In this document: positions 48,961-58,671 of the stretch, piece after piece
Layout of the letters: each line of letters begins with the position of its first letter
Numbering within the stretch: position 1 is the stretch's first letter
Notes under the pieces: model-generated
The model's input: only the letters and a program-made list of their open reading frames with translations
Told to the model about the DNA's origin: nothing
Databases searched by the model: none
Made by a program: the position numbers and the translations under genes
DNA from: Planctomycetota bacterium
GTDB lineage: Bacteria; Planctomycetota; B15-G4; SIAN01
Length of the DNA: 64,000 bases
Direction: 5' to 3'
Assembly: GCA_031409275.1 (NCBI GenBank)
Contig: JANNXA010000055.1
Coordinates: 1-64,000 of the forward strand

Positions 48961-50543
48961 GCCCGACCGTGACGCCCTCCATGCGGCGCACCGCCACCAC
49001 CAGCGCACCGCCGAAGCGAGTCGCGGTCTACACGCGGCAAAGCGTCGACCGCGGCGACGAGTACGGCTCGACCGATGCGCAGCGCGAAGCCATCGTCGCC
49101 TACGTCACCTCGCAGCGCGCTCACGGCTGGGTCGCACTCGCAGCCCCCTACGACGATCGCGGTGAGTCTGGGTCAACGCTCGATCGCCCCGCGTTCAAGC
49201 GCCTGCTGCGTGATGTCGAGGCCGGCGATGTCGACGTGATCGCCGTCTACAAGATCGACCGCCTCTCGCGCTCGCTCCTCGACTTCACGCAGCTGATGCG
49301 GCGCTTCGAGGAGAGGGGGGTGGAGTTCGTGTCGGTGACGCAGCAGTTTTCGACGTCGACCAGCGTCGGCCGCATGACCTTGAACCTCCTTGCCACGTTC
49401 GCCCAGTTCGAGCGCGAGACCATCAGCGAGCGCACCCGCGACAAGATCGCCGCCACCCGCCGCAAGGGCATGTGGACCGGTGGGCACCTCGTCCTCGGCT
49501 ACGACGCGGTCGACGGCAAGCTCCGAGTGAACGCCGCCGAGGCGGAGCGCGTTCGCACGATCTTCGACCTCTACCGCCAGGCCAGGTCGCTCCACCCGGT
49601 GGCCGCCGAGCTGCGCGAGCGCGGATGGACGACCAAGTCATGGACCAACCGCGCGGGGGCCGTGGTCGCAGGCCGGGCGTTCTCGGTGCCGACGCTGCGC
49701 CGCCACCTGGAGAACGCCCTCTACGTCGGTCAGGTCCGGCTCGGCGACGAGATCCATCCGGGCGCGCACGAGGGCATCGTCGACCGCGCGCTGTTCGACG
49801 CCGTGCAGGACCTCCTCGCCGCGACGACCAGCCAACGTCCCGCCCTCCCGAAGCGCAACAAGTGGGGGGTGCTGCTGCGCGGCCTGCTCCACTGCGGCGC
49901 CTGCGCCAGCACGATGGTCCACCACTTCGCGAGTCGCGGGACTCGCCGCTACGGCTCCTACGTGTGCGCCCGCTACGCAAAGTCCGGCGCCGCGGCGTGT
50001 CCGGGTGCGCGGATCGCGGTCGGCGCCATCGAAGGGTTCGTGGTCGAACGGCTGCGCGCGATCGGGCGCGAGCCCGGACTGGTCGCGGCCACGCTCGCCG
50101 CCGCGCAGCGCGCCCTCGCCGAGCGCCGGCCGGCCGCGGAGAAGGAGATCGCGGGCTGCGAGGTCGACCGCAGAGGATTGCGCGACGAGCGCAAGCACCT
50201 CGTCGCCGCGGTCGGGAGAGGTGGCCAAGGATCGGCCCAGATCCTCGAACGACTCGGGGCGCTCGACTCCGGAGTCACCGCGCTCGACGAGCGGGAGCGC
50301 GCGCTTCGGCGCGAGATTGCGGCGCTTGAGGCGGCGGCGATTGATCCCGACGACCTGCGTGCGGCGCTCACGGCGTTCGACCCCCTGTGGGCGCGGCTCA
50401 GCGTGGCCGAGCGCACGCGCGTGATGCACCTCTTGCTCGAACGGGTGACCTTCGACGGCCGCACCAACGACGTCGCCATCACCTTCCGCGCGAACGGCCT
50501 GCGCTCGGTCGCCGCGGCGGCGAGCGGAGACGAGGCCCCCTGA
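48957..50543 (+). CDS. Large serine recombinase (resolvase + recombinase + zinc ribbon)
   Basis: AVYTRQS, YDDRGESG, VYKIDRLSRS, FAQFERETISER, LHCGAC. Confidence 0.93.
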   Translation: MSPTVTPSMRRTATTSAPPKRVAVYTRQSVDRGDEYGSTDAQREAIVAYVTSQRAHGWVALAAPYDDRGESGSTLDRPAFKRLLRDVEAGDVDVIAVYKIDRLSRSLLDFTQLMRRFEERGVEFVSVTQQFSTSTSVGRMTLNLLATFAQFERETISERTRDKIAATRRKGMWTGGHLVLGYDAVDGKLRVNAAEAERVRTIFDLYRQARSLHPVAAELRERGWTTKSWTNRAGAVVAGRAFSVPTLRRHLENALYVGQVRLGDEIHPGAHEGIVDRALFDAVQDLLAATTSQRPALPKRNKWGVLLRGLLHCGACASTMVHHFASRGTRRYGSYVCARYAKSGAAACPGARIAVGAIEGFVVERLRAIGREPGLVAATLAAAQRALAERRPAAEKEIAGCEVDRRGLRDERKHLVAAVGRGGQGSAQILERLGALDSGVTALDERERALRREIAALEAAAIDPDDLRAALTAFDPLWARLSVAERTRVMHLLLERVTFDGRTNDVAITFRANGLRSVAAAASGDEAP

Positions 50544-50547
50544 CCGC

Positions 50548-50988
50548 ATGTCGACGACACGAACGACCAGCCCCGCGCACCAAGGAGACGAAGCCATGCC
50601 AGCACTGACGGTGACCGGCCGCCTTGAGCGACCAGCGGCCCGACCGAGGACGGTTGCGCGCGATCCCGAACCCGGAGTCGACGGCGTCCCCAACGGGCCC
50701 GCAGCAACGCCGCCCATGCCGAGACCGGCCGGGACAGCACGTGTGGCGCGGCAGCTCGCGCTCGCTTACCACGTCGAGGCGCTGGTCGACTCCGGTTCAG
50801 TGCGCGACTACGCGGCGGTCGCGCGCGCGCTGGGGCTCACGCGCGCCCGCCTGTCGCAGATCGTGGCCCTGCGCTGGCTGCCGGTGGCGACCCAGGAAGC
50901 GATCTTGACCGGCGCTTCGACCGCGTCGGAGCGTCAGTTCCGCGCGGCGGCGGGTTCGCCTTGCAAGCGCGCCGACACCTCGCCCTGA
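50548..50988 (+). CDS. Hypothetical HTH protein accompanying the recombinase
   Basis: VARQLALAY...DYAAVARALGLTRARLSQIV; start may be 50596. Confidence 0.7.
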   Translation: MSTTRTTSPAHQGDEAMPALTVTGRLERPAARPRTVARDPEPGVDGVPNGPAATPPMPRPAGTARVARQLALAYHVEALVDSGSVRDYAAVARALGLTRARLSQIVALRWLPVATQEAILTGASTASERQFRAAAGSPCKRADTSP

Positions 50989-50996
50989 TCGCCGCC

Positions 50997-51224
50997 ATGA
51001 ACGAATCGCCGCACGACCAGCCGAAGTCGACCTCGCCGCCGAAGCCGCGGCTCAAGCTCATCGGCCGCGACGGGAACGTCTTCAACGTGATCGGTCTCGT
51101 TCGTCGGCGCCTGATCGACGCGGGCCGCCCAGACGCCGCCGCTGAGTTCACGGAGCGAGCGACGCGCACCAGCAGCTACGACCACGTCCTCCAACTCGTC
51201 TTCGAGTACGTCGACCCGTACTGA
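50997..51224 (+). CDS. Small conserved phage/ICE hypothetical protein
   Basis: LKLIGRDGNVFNVIG...SSYDHVL. Confidence 0.7.
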   Translation: MNESPHDQPKSTSPPKPRLKLIGRDGNVFNVIGLVRRRLIDAGRPDAAAEFTERATRTSSYDHVLQLVFEYVDPY

Positions 51225-51237
51225 CCGGAGCACCGCC

Positions 51238-51483
51238 ATGCCAACGACGACGGAGACCCTCTACCACTCGCCGGTGACGGGGGAGATCTGCTGCCCCGAG
51301 CATGCGCCGCGCCGCAAGACCGACTGCTGGTGGCGCGATCGCTGGTGCCGAGTGTCGCCGCGCTTCCGTACGACGTGGCCCGGCGACGAGCTCGGCGAGA
51401 TGCGCTGCGAGGTCTGCAAGTCGATCGAGCGAAGGGCGACCGCCGACGCCAACCGCCTCGCTGACCCCGCCGCCGGAGGATGA
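51238..51483 (+). CDS. Small Cys-rich hypothetical protein
   Basis: GGAG RBS, CCPEH and CEVC motifs. Confidence 0.55.
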   Translation: MPTTTETLYHSPVTGEICCPEHAPRRKTDCWWRDRWCRVSPRFRTTWPGDELGEMRCEVCKSIERRATADANRLADPAAGG

Positions 51484-51803
51484 CCATGCGCATCGGCCCG
51501 AACGACAAGTTCTGGTTGGTGACCGACCCGACGCCCACCTCGCAGCCGAACGACCACGTGACGCAAGCGTCGCTCAAGAACCTCGACTTGATGTTCAACG
51601 GCGGCCTCTCCATGACCGAGAACCCGACCCTGTTCACCGACAAGCAGGAGGCCGAGATCGAGGCGTACGGCCGGTACGTCGCGATGCGGGCGAAGCGGGT
51701 CATCGCCGAGCACGCCGCTGCGGGAAACTCGCTCAGCAACGTCGACCGGATCGAGATCCGCGACGCGAAGGGCGCGGTCGTATTCACGGCGCCGCTCGGG
51801 TAG
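51480..51803 (+). CDS. Hypothetical protein
   Basis: GGAGG RBS, ATGA overlap, coding-like sequence. Confidence 0.6.
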   Translation: MTMRIGPNDKFWLVTDPTPTSQPNDHVTQASLKNLDLMFNGGLSMTENPTLFTDKQEAEIEAYGRYVAMRAKRVIAEHAAAGNSLSNVDRIEIRDAKGAVVFTAPLG

Positions 51804-51844
51804 GGCCAACCGAACTTCGGATCGAACGGCTGAGATAGAATCGC

Positions 51845-51926
51845 AGCGCCGCCCGCCACTCCGGTGCGTCGGGACGCGAAACCCCTTCGCGATCCGGCCG
51901 GGCAGACCGGAGAGGCGGGCGGCGCT
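51845..51926. terminator. 21-bp GC-rich inverted repeat between convergent genes
   Basis: AGCGCCGCCCGCCACTCCGGT / ACCGGAGAGGCGGGCGGCGCT, one mismatch. Confidence 0.5.
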
Positions 51927-51991
51927 CTTGGTGAGATCCGCTGGCCATCGACCTGCGACCACCGGACCGGCGACCCTGTCAGAAGGGCATG

Positions 51992-53200
51992 TTAGCCTGC
52001 TGTTTCATCACCGGAGCCATCCGTCTCCTGCATGAAATACGCCTCTGCAAGTGGTTCTGGAAGCACGGTTCCGAACATGCGAACGTCCGGTCGATAGCCG
52101 AGTTGTTCCGTCCGCATGAACATCTCGATTGCTTGGCAATACTGATCCTGAAGGCATGTGAGTGCATGCCGAACGAACGAATCGACGACGTTCACGGCCG
52201 CGATCGCCTTGTCTGGTTCCAGCTGATGAATGGCGCTCCGGAGAGCGAATTCTGACATTGACCGCTCAGTCTTAAAAAGTGGGATGAACTTCTGGTCGAA
52301 GTAGATCTCTTCGAGGTCCTTGCGGTCGAATTGAATGCTCCCGTGAAGCTGTTGATTCCGGTCACGCATCAGGCCAAGGAACTCAGCTACCTCGGGTGAG
52401 TCGTCGGTGAGCGGGCGTATGAAGCCGAGGCAGTGTACGTGCAGCATCTTGACTCGAACATCGATTTGCTCGCGGAGCCGGGAATTGAGGACCACCTTGT
52501 CCCGGCGCAAATCGGGTCGAAGTAGCGTGAGTAGCAAGAGGTTTACGAACGCCTCGCCCATGACCGGAGCCAACATTCGAATGGAGAGGCTAAGCTCAGC
52601 CGCGCGGCCATACGCACGCATCGCCTTCGTCATCGCATGAGAACGTGAGGCAGCCTCACGGCGATGCACAGGCCGTGGCGGCACATGTATGGCATTTAGA
52701 TTGATACGGTTGAGCTGCCGCGTACGTCTGCGAACTACGTCCGTAATCCGGAAGTAGGGGTTGACGACAAGCGACCAGCGTTCAAAAGAGGACTTCATAG
52801 ACTCAAGCGCGGGCCCTAACTGATGGATGTCCTTCTTCAACTGCTTGGCGAGCGCCGTCCATTCATTCTTGTCGAACCCTGGATCTCCGGCGACCGCAAG
52901 CTTCATTTGAAAACTGTAACCCGTGATCATGAGCAACGATGTACCGGCCATCAGCCAGTACTCCCAGTGAACCAAATTGCTAACGGACTGATCACGCAAC
53001 GCCATCGCGGGACCATTCGGAAGTCCAAAACGAACTCTGAGGTACGCATACGTGTCGAGCGGCGACAGCAAACCATCGTTCCACCAGTTGGTGACCAGAT
53101 GGCGCATTGCACTGCCGGGTGCGAGCAAGCGAAGGAATGACGAGGCCTCGTCAGCCGTAGCGACTCGCCAACTACTGACATTGCATGCGGCGTGCGGCAC
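51992..53200 (-). CDS. Hypothetical protein with HEPN-like RxxxxH motif
   Basis: Lower GC; EAFVNLL helix followed by RNQQLH. Confidence 0.6.
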   Translation of the reverse strand: MPHAACNVSSWRVATADEASSFLRLLAPGSAMRHLVTNWWNDGLLSPLDTYAYLRVRFGLPNGPAMALRDQSVSNLVHWEYWLMAGTSLLMITGYSFQMKLAVAGDPGFDKNEWTALAKQLKKDIHQLGPALESMKSSFERWSLVVNPYFRITDVVRRRTRQLNRINLNAIHVPPRPVHRREAASRSHAMTKAMRAYGRAAELSLSIRMLAPVMGEAFVNLLLLTLLRPDLRRDKVVLNSRLREQIDVRVKMLHVHCLGFIRPLTDDSPEVAEFLGLMRDRNQQLHGSIQFDRKDLEEIYFDQKFIPLFKTERSMSEFALRSAIHQLEPDKAIAAVNVVDSFVRHALTCLQDQYCQAIEMFMRTEQLGYRPDVRMFGTVLPEPLAEAYFMQETDGSGDETAG

Positions 53201-53225
53201 TTGTGATCACCTCAGTGCAGTCAGG

Positions 53226-53483
53226 CTAGCACGCCCTTATTCCGCGCTCGACGCCAAGGTCGAAGTAGGCCGCCTCCCGCTTGGCACGGAGCTCGTCGGC
53301 TGCCGCCTCGAACTCGAGCCAGCGCCTCCGCTTGGTGCCAAGCGCCTTCACGATCGCGGCCGCCTTCGTCGTGACGACTCGCTGCAAGTCGCGGCGCCCA
53401 ACGCGCCGGCGGACCGTCCGGTCGACTGGGTGCTCGTAGCTCGGATCCTTCTCGATCGCGCGGTAGCTGAGGCGGGGTTTCAC
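53226..53483 (-). CDS. Small hypothetical protein
   Basis: Overlap-coupled to 53480-53701; AYFDLGVERG. Confidence 0.4.
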   Translation of the reverse strand: MKPRLSYRAIEKDPSYEHPVDRTVRRRVGRRDLQRVVTTKAAAIVKALGTKRRRWLEFEAAADELRAKREAAYFDLGVERGIRAC

Positions 53484-53840
53484 GCCTGGCTCCCGACGCG
53501 CGCCACCGCGAAGCTGGCGCCCGCCAGGAAGGCCTCGACGTACAGGTCGACTGCAGCGACGGCATCGAGCACCGCATCGGGCGTCAGTCGATCGTGGGCG
53601 CGCTCGTCTGCCTCAGTTCGCCATAAGGCATCGTCAGTGACCGCGGTCGGTCCCGCGGTCAGGGCATCGGATTCGATCGGCATCGTCGTCTCCAAGCGCA
53701 CGCGAAATGCGCGCGCGGGGAGACAGTCACGCTCTCGAGCGACCTGGAATCAAGATGGCGGAGCGACCCGTTCGCGCTCTGTTGGCGTCAACCAAGCTGT
53801 CCCGCGTTTGCATCACGCTTGGGGGCCAAGCGGATCTCGG

Positions 53841-54424
53841 GTTCGCTGTTTACCGCCCTCTTCCTCTCTTCCACGACGAGAGAGTCCGAGAGCAATCGCG
53901 GCCGAGAGTTCGCTGATGCGCGACGCGGGTCCAAGCGAAGCGCTGCGAACAGAGAAACGGCGGCGCTTTGGTGACCGCCGTATCTCGCGCGTGACGCGCG
54001 ACTTCCGACGAGGCCAGCGAGCGGGGTACGAGCGGCCGCTGTCAACCACCGGGGCTGCCGCGCTGACGGGCGAGGAGCGCGTTGGCTCCCCAAGCGATCA
54101 GGAAAAGCGAACTGCTCTCTGTTCGTATTCGCGGCCGATCGGGCACCCAAGTCCAACTGTGACGCGAAAGCGAACAGCGTCGTGCTCTCGGTCAACAAAC
54201 TTTGAGCGACGAGACGTGGCGTGACAAATCGTCGAGATTCGCTCCGCCTCGCGGCGTTGCGGTCGCCCGCCTTCGACTGCCGTGCTCTCGGCGCGAAACG
54301 AACGTGGTGGTAGGGGCCGTCGTCGAAGCACCGGCTGAGCTCTGGCACGACCGATCCTCCAAGCACCGCATTCAGTCGCGGTTCGGCACGCGATTCAGCC
54401 ACGGCCGTTCGGCTGCACCATAAG
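53841..54424 (+). repeat. Non-coding dispersed element, copy D (right part)
   Basis: Closely matches 43-627 and ends CGGCCGTTCGGCTGCACCATAAG. Confidence 0.85.
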
Positions 54425-54852
54425 GGCGTGGCGACGGTCGGGCAGCTCCGGTGCGCGACCTTGACGAAAACTCAAACTGCGGGCAACTGGTCGGCGCGGC
54501 GGTTCCGAGACTTGTCGGCCGGCGTGACATCGATCGCATCACGGAGCGGGTGTCCACGCCAATCGTGAGGGCGTCGGTCAGGCGCTCCGACTGTGGCTCC
54601 GGTTTGTGCCCGACCGACTTCCCCAGCCAGTAGCCATGTTTCGATCGGCGCACGGCGAACTCTCGGCAGATCCTCACTAGCGCCACGTCGGAGCGCCGTA
54701 CTTCCCCGCAGCGTCACGCGTCGGCTCGGACCAGACGGCTTCGTATATCTACTCGCGGGTGAGGTCGATGGATTCCAAGGGCATCGGTTGCGCTCACTCC
54801 GGAATGAGCACTGCGTCAAAACGTCTTATGTTACGGACTCGTTGTTCTGGTC

Positions 54853-56238
54853 TCATCTGGCACGCGCGCCTCGCAACGCAAAGGCTGGTCGATCGTCGTG
54901 GTTCGCGACGTAGCGACTGAGCGCATTCATGAAGTCCTCGCGTGGACGTAGCCGCCCCTCTTTCCGCGCTCGCACAAGGCGCATGAGCACGCCGCTTGCG
55001 GCGCGGAGCGAGAGTGGCTGTACGTGTAGATGTCGCCTTTCTGGCGCGAGGATCGACATTTCGGATAGCCGCTTCCGCGAGCAGTTGCCGACCGGCCCTT
55101 CGGGCTGGCTGCGCGCCTCGAATGCCTTTCCTTCACGGCTGAACGCGGCAAGGGGCCACGAGCGTCCAGACGCACGATCGAATGGGACGCCATCCTCCGT
55201 CACTGCGACAGGTGAAAGAAGTCGCTTGCCAATCCACTCGGCGACGCGGACGGGAACAGCGTTCCCGACATACTTCCAACGAGAGTTGTTTCGAACACCA
55301 GGCCCGCTGACATCAGTCCAGCCAACGGGAAAACCCTGGATCCGTTCCGCAAGTTCAATTGACGGTGTCGAGAACTCATTCGTGTCACGGAACCAGATCG
55401 CAGGGGGTGAAGGGATGCCGAGGCTCGATCCACCCTTGAGCGTCGGGATGGCCTCTGCTGCCCAGCCCAGCCCTCGGTTGCCCTCGGTCCAGTAGAAGCC
55501 ATAGCAGGAGCCGCTTTCTTCGTCAGACGGGAGTTCCTTCACAACGCCATCGGACGGGTCGAACAGGACGGATCGAGGATCGTCCTCGGGCGAGCGAGAT
55601 GCCAGGAAGAAAACGCGCCGACGGCGCTGGGGAAGACCAAACTGCAGCGAGTCGAATACTCTGTATGCCCACCAACGGTAGCCGAGCTTTTCGAATCCCT
55701 GGACCACGCATTCCATGGCGCGCCCAGACTGAAGCCGAAGCATGAACGGCACGTTCTCGAACAACACCCAGCGCGGAGCGGTGCCCTTGCGCTTCGCAGC
55801 GGCGAGGAGACGGAACACCTCGCTGACGAGTCCGCTCTTCTCGCCGTCGATGCCGGCGGTCAGCCCCGCCTGGCTCAAGTCCTGACACGGAAAACCAGCG
55901 GTGACAAGTTCCGCCCCGTCAAGATCGCGAAGTTGGCGGACATCGGAGTGAAGTCCGCCCTTCAGGCCAAACCGAGCGGCCAGGATCAACCGGGCGCCCG
56001 CGTCGATCTCGCACGCGAGCCGAAGTCCGCTGACGGAAAAGCCAGCGCGGTGAAGGCCCAGCTCGATCCCGCCGATTCCGGTGAACAGCGACGCGACCCG
56101 GCTGTCCCTACGGAGAGCAGGAGAGGCTGGATGTCCCTCCCTTGCCCGCTCGGATTCGGTGCTGATCCGCTTTGCGGTTGACTTGATCTCGGCGAGGGGC
56201 AAGGCCAACCTCCGATTGTTCCAGACAGATTGAACCAT
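54853..56238 (-). CDS. DNA (cytosine-5) methyltransferase (DrmMII-like)
   Basis: SLFTGIGG, GFPCQD, ENV, QRRRRVF, GNAV; start estimated. Confidence 0.92.
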   Translation of the reverse strand: MVQSVWNNRRLALPLAEIKSTAKRISTESERAREGHPASPALRRDSRVASLFTGIGGIELGLHRAGFSVSGLRLACEIDAGARLILAARFGLKGGLHSDVRQLRDLDGAELVTAGFPCQDLSQAGLTAGIDGEKSGLVSEVFRLLAAAKRKGTAPRWVLFENVPFMLRLQSGRAMECVVQGFEKLGYRWWAYRVFDSLQFGLPQRRRRVFFLASRSPEDDPRSVLFDPSDGVVKELPSDEESGSCYGFYWTEGNRGLGWAAEAIPTLKGGSSLGIPSPPAIWFRDTNEFSTPSIELAERIQGFPVGWTDVSGPGVRNNSRWKYVGNAVPVRVAEWIGKRLLSPVAVTEDGVPFDRASGRSWPLAAFSREGKAFEARSQPEGPVGNCSRKRLSEMSILAPERRHLHVQPLSLRAASGVLMRLVRARKEGRLRPREDFMNALSRYVANHDDRPAFALRGARAR

Positions 56239-56279
56239 AAACCGGGGGCGATCTCGAGCCCCCGGTGGCGAGACTGGCG

Positions 56280-56771
56280 TCAAGGCCGGAGAATCTGCTC
56301 GTCGCACCGCTCGCAGCGCCTTCGGGCGATTGAATCGAAGATCCGACCGGCGGCCTTGACGGGATCTTCGTGAGCCCAAACGCGGATGACCAGCCAACCC
56401 GCCAACCGAAGCCGACGGTCCGTATCCCTGTCCCTGCGTACGTTCGCAGCGAGCTTCGCGCACCACCAAACGGCATTCGACTTCGGTTGAGTTCCATGTC
56501 GCGGACAGCTGTGCCAAAAACAGCCGTCGACAAAAACTGCGACGCGTTCGCGTCGAAACATGACGTCGGCCCGGCGACGAAGTCCGGGCAGCGGCGCGGC
56601 GTCCACCAAGTACCGTAACCCAACTCCATGAAGAACACGACGAAGACGAAGTTCTTCGGGCGTGTCGCGCTTCTTCGTCGAGGCCATCCGCTTGCGAACC
56701 GCCGGGGACGACGCGAGCGGCCTGATCGTGTTAGACGGTGAGCGATTCGCCAACGGCATGCGATACATCAC
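56280..56771 (-). CDS. vsr: Very short patch repair endonuclease
   Basis: DTPE, RRADV, VFVDGCFWHSCP, NVRRD, RVWAH. Confidence 0.92.
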   Translation of the reverse strand: MMYRMPLANRSPSNTIRPLASSPAVRKRMASTKKRDTPEELRLRRVLHGVGLRYLVDAAPLPGLRRRADVMFRRERVAVFVDGCFWHSCPRHGTQPKSNAVWWCAKLAANVRRDRDTDRRLRLAGWLVIRVWAHEDPVKAAGRIFDSIARRRCERCDEQILRP

Positions 56772-57481
56772 TTAGCTTGGGCGAGAGACATGTATTGTTT
56801 CGTTTCAATGAACCGGCCAAGACTTCGAAGGAACCCTCGGACGTAGAGTTCCGTCTCCTTAGCCGTCCGCTTGAGGTCATCGAGCGTGACGTCGCGGCCG
56901 CATTCCGCGAACGACTTCTCGCCGTGGGCAAGAGCATTCCGCTGATCCTTGACGATGACGAGGCTGGCACCGCCCTTTGCGTTCTTGTGCACTTTGAGAC
57001 TCAAGTTGTGCCTCTCACATACCTTCCTGATTTTGGCTGCATCGAGACTGCCCGCACCGGGCAGCTCGTCGGCACTCAGATGTACGATCCTCTTTTGGAC
57101 GATTTCGTCGACGAGTTCTGAAGCCGCCTTGCGATAGTTCTCAGGAGACGCAGTCTCGAACCTCACAGCTCGATGCTTCTGGTCAATCCAGACTGCACGG
57201 ATCGACTCGCTCAGGTTGTGGCATGTGCATTGGTCAGTTTTCACCGCGAAGTACAGCCGTTCGAAACCCGACCTCACTGCCGATTCGACGAGGTTGTAAA
57301 TGAGCAAGTAGGCGGTGGCCTTTCCGATGACCCGCCAATTGTCTTCGACAGCAACCGAATGCGGCCTACCACCTGAACGACGACGAAGCACGGAGCCCGG
57401 GGACTCCATCCTCTTCAGCATCCTCAAATAACTCTGGATGTCTTTCGCACGCTGCTCGAAGTCCTTGACGACGGACTGCAT
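56768..57481 (-). CDS. HEPN-like nuclease (MAE_28990/MAE_18760-like)
   Basis: LLIYNLVES, GSLDA, KDQRNALAHGEKSF. Confidence 0.8.
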   Translation of the reverse strand: MQSVVKDFEQRAKDIQSYLRMLKRMESPGSVLRRRSGGRPHSVAVEDNWRVIGKATAYLLIYNLVESAVRSGFERLYFAVKTDQCTCHNLSESIRAVWIDQKHRAVRFETASPENYRKAASELVDEIVQKRIVHLSADELPGAGSLDAAKIRKVCERHNLSLKVHKNAKGGASLVIVKDQRNALAHGEKSFAECGRDVTLDDLKRTAKETELYVRGFLRSLGRFIETKQYMSLAQAK

Positions 57482-57483
57482 CG

Positions 57484-58536
57484 TCAGCCCTCGACACCGA
57501 GCAAATGGTCGCGGACGAATTCAACTCGTCCCCGAAGTCGTGGGCCGGAATTGCTCGCATGCGTCGTGGTGTGGTCCTCAAACTCTGCAGATGCAAGCCA
57601 CCTATGGACATCCGAGGGTGATAAATCTTGCTTCAACCTCAGTGCAAGGTTCGTTCCGACAGCAATCGCTTCGAATCGAACGCGGGGTGTGATCTGGGCT
57701 CCGGGACCCTTTGCGAATCCGTGAGGAAAGTGCTTCTCGACGAACTCCATTGTGCTGTCGAATTCGCTCTGGAGCCGCTTGGCCTCGAACGCCGTCCGAT
57801 GCTCACACGCATAGCGATCCAGAAACGAATCAACGTCGTGCCGAAAGTCCTTGTACGTGTCGGAATATGCAAAGAACCTCAACACAAGCTCCTCGTCCTC
57901 TCGACGCTTCTTCATCTTGTCGCTGATCGGACACAGTTCGACGAATCGTTTGTCGTTGGCCAGCTTCTTGACGAAGTCCATGAAAGGTCCCGTCAATGCT
58001 CCTCGGCGGACTTCGCTTGCTCGCGCCCTCACCCCGCTCGTATTCACTCTGTCGAACACCTCTTGTCGCAACTCAGGAGTCGTACTGTCTTCGAGAACTA
58101 CAACTCGGAGCGCCTTGGTTCCGAACTTGCGCTGTTGCGCAATCGGAAGATCAGAAAAGACGAAGCCTTCGAGGGACTTGAGTCGCTTGAGACCCTCCAA
58201 TCGAAGATCGGAGTTCGTGAACTCCTCAAGCGTCTGGATCCGTTGAGCTCCGTCCACGATCTCCAGTCGGCCGTCGTCCATGTCGGCGACGAACATCATC
58301 GGAATCGGAAGTCCGAGGATGACCGACTCGACGAATCTGCACTTGTGCGTCGAGGGCCAAATAAACTCCCGCTGGTACGGCGGCACGTAGAAGAACGACT
58401 CGCGAAACTTCGTGACGATGTAATCGATCGTGAAATCACGCAGGTCGTAGCGGACCTCGTGCTGCATCTCGCGGATCTCCTGCTCCGCTACTTGGCGCTC
58501 TTTGTCCCCGACTTTGTGGAGCAATTGCTGTTTCAT
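57484..58536 (-). CDS. DUF262 (ParB/Srx-like) domain protein
   Basis: PPYQREFIW, ESVILGLPIP, IVDGAQRI, FDRVNTSG. Confidence 0.88.
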   Translation of the reverse strand: MKQQLLHKVGDKERQVAEQEIREMQHEVRYDLRDFTIDYIVTKFRESFFYVPPYQREFIWPSTHKCRFVESVILGLPIPMMFVADMDDGRLEIVDGAQRIQTLEEFTNSDLRLEGLKRLKSLEGFVFSDLPIAQQRKFGTKALRVVVLEDSTTPELRQEVFDRVNTSGVRARASEVRRGALTGPFMDFVKKLANDKRFVELCPISDKMKKRREDEELVLRFFAYSDTYKDFRHDVDSFLDRYACEHRTAFEAKRLQSEFDSTMEFVEKHFPHGFAKGPGAQITPRVRFEAIAVGTNLALRLKQDLSPSDVHRWLASAEFEDHTTTHASNSGPRLRGRVEFVRDHLLGVEG

Positions 58537-58671
58537 GCCTTCCTCGCGTTCAGGTCGAAATCTGACTCAGCGTCTTTCGTGGTGGCCATTGCAACGAGGG
58601 TTCGACAAAGCGCCAGTATCTCGCCGGGATGGAAGTCACTAGAGGGGCGACATCGGGCGAGCGGCTCCGGA

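Noticed and set aside
40106..51803. Complete prophage
   Set aside because: No portal, capsid, tail or lysis genes anywhere in the window.
54425..54850. Short ORFs between the repeat and the C5 methyltransferase
   Set aside because: No motifs, RBS or consistent frame.
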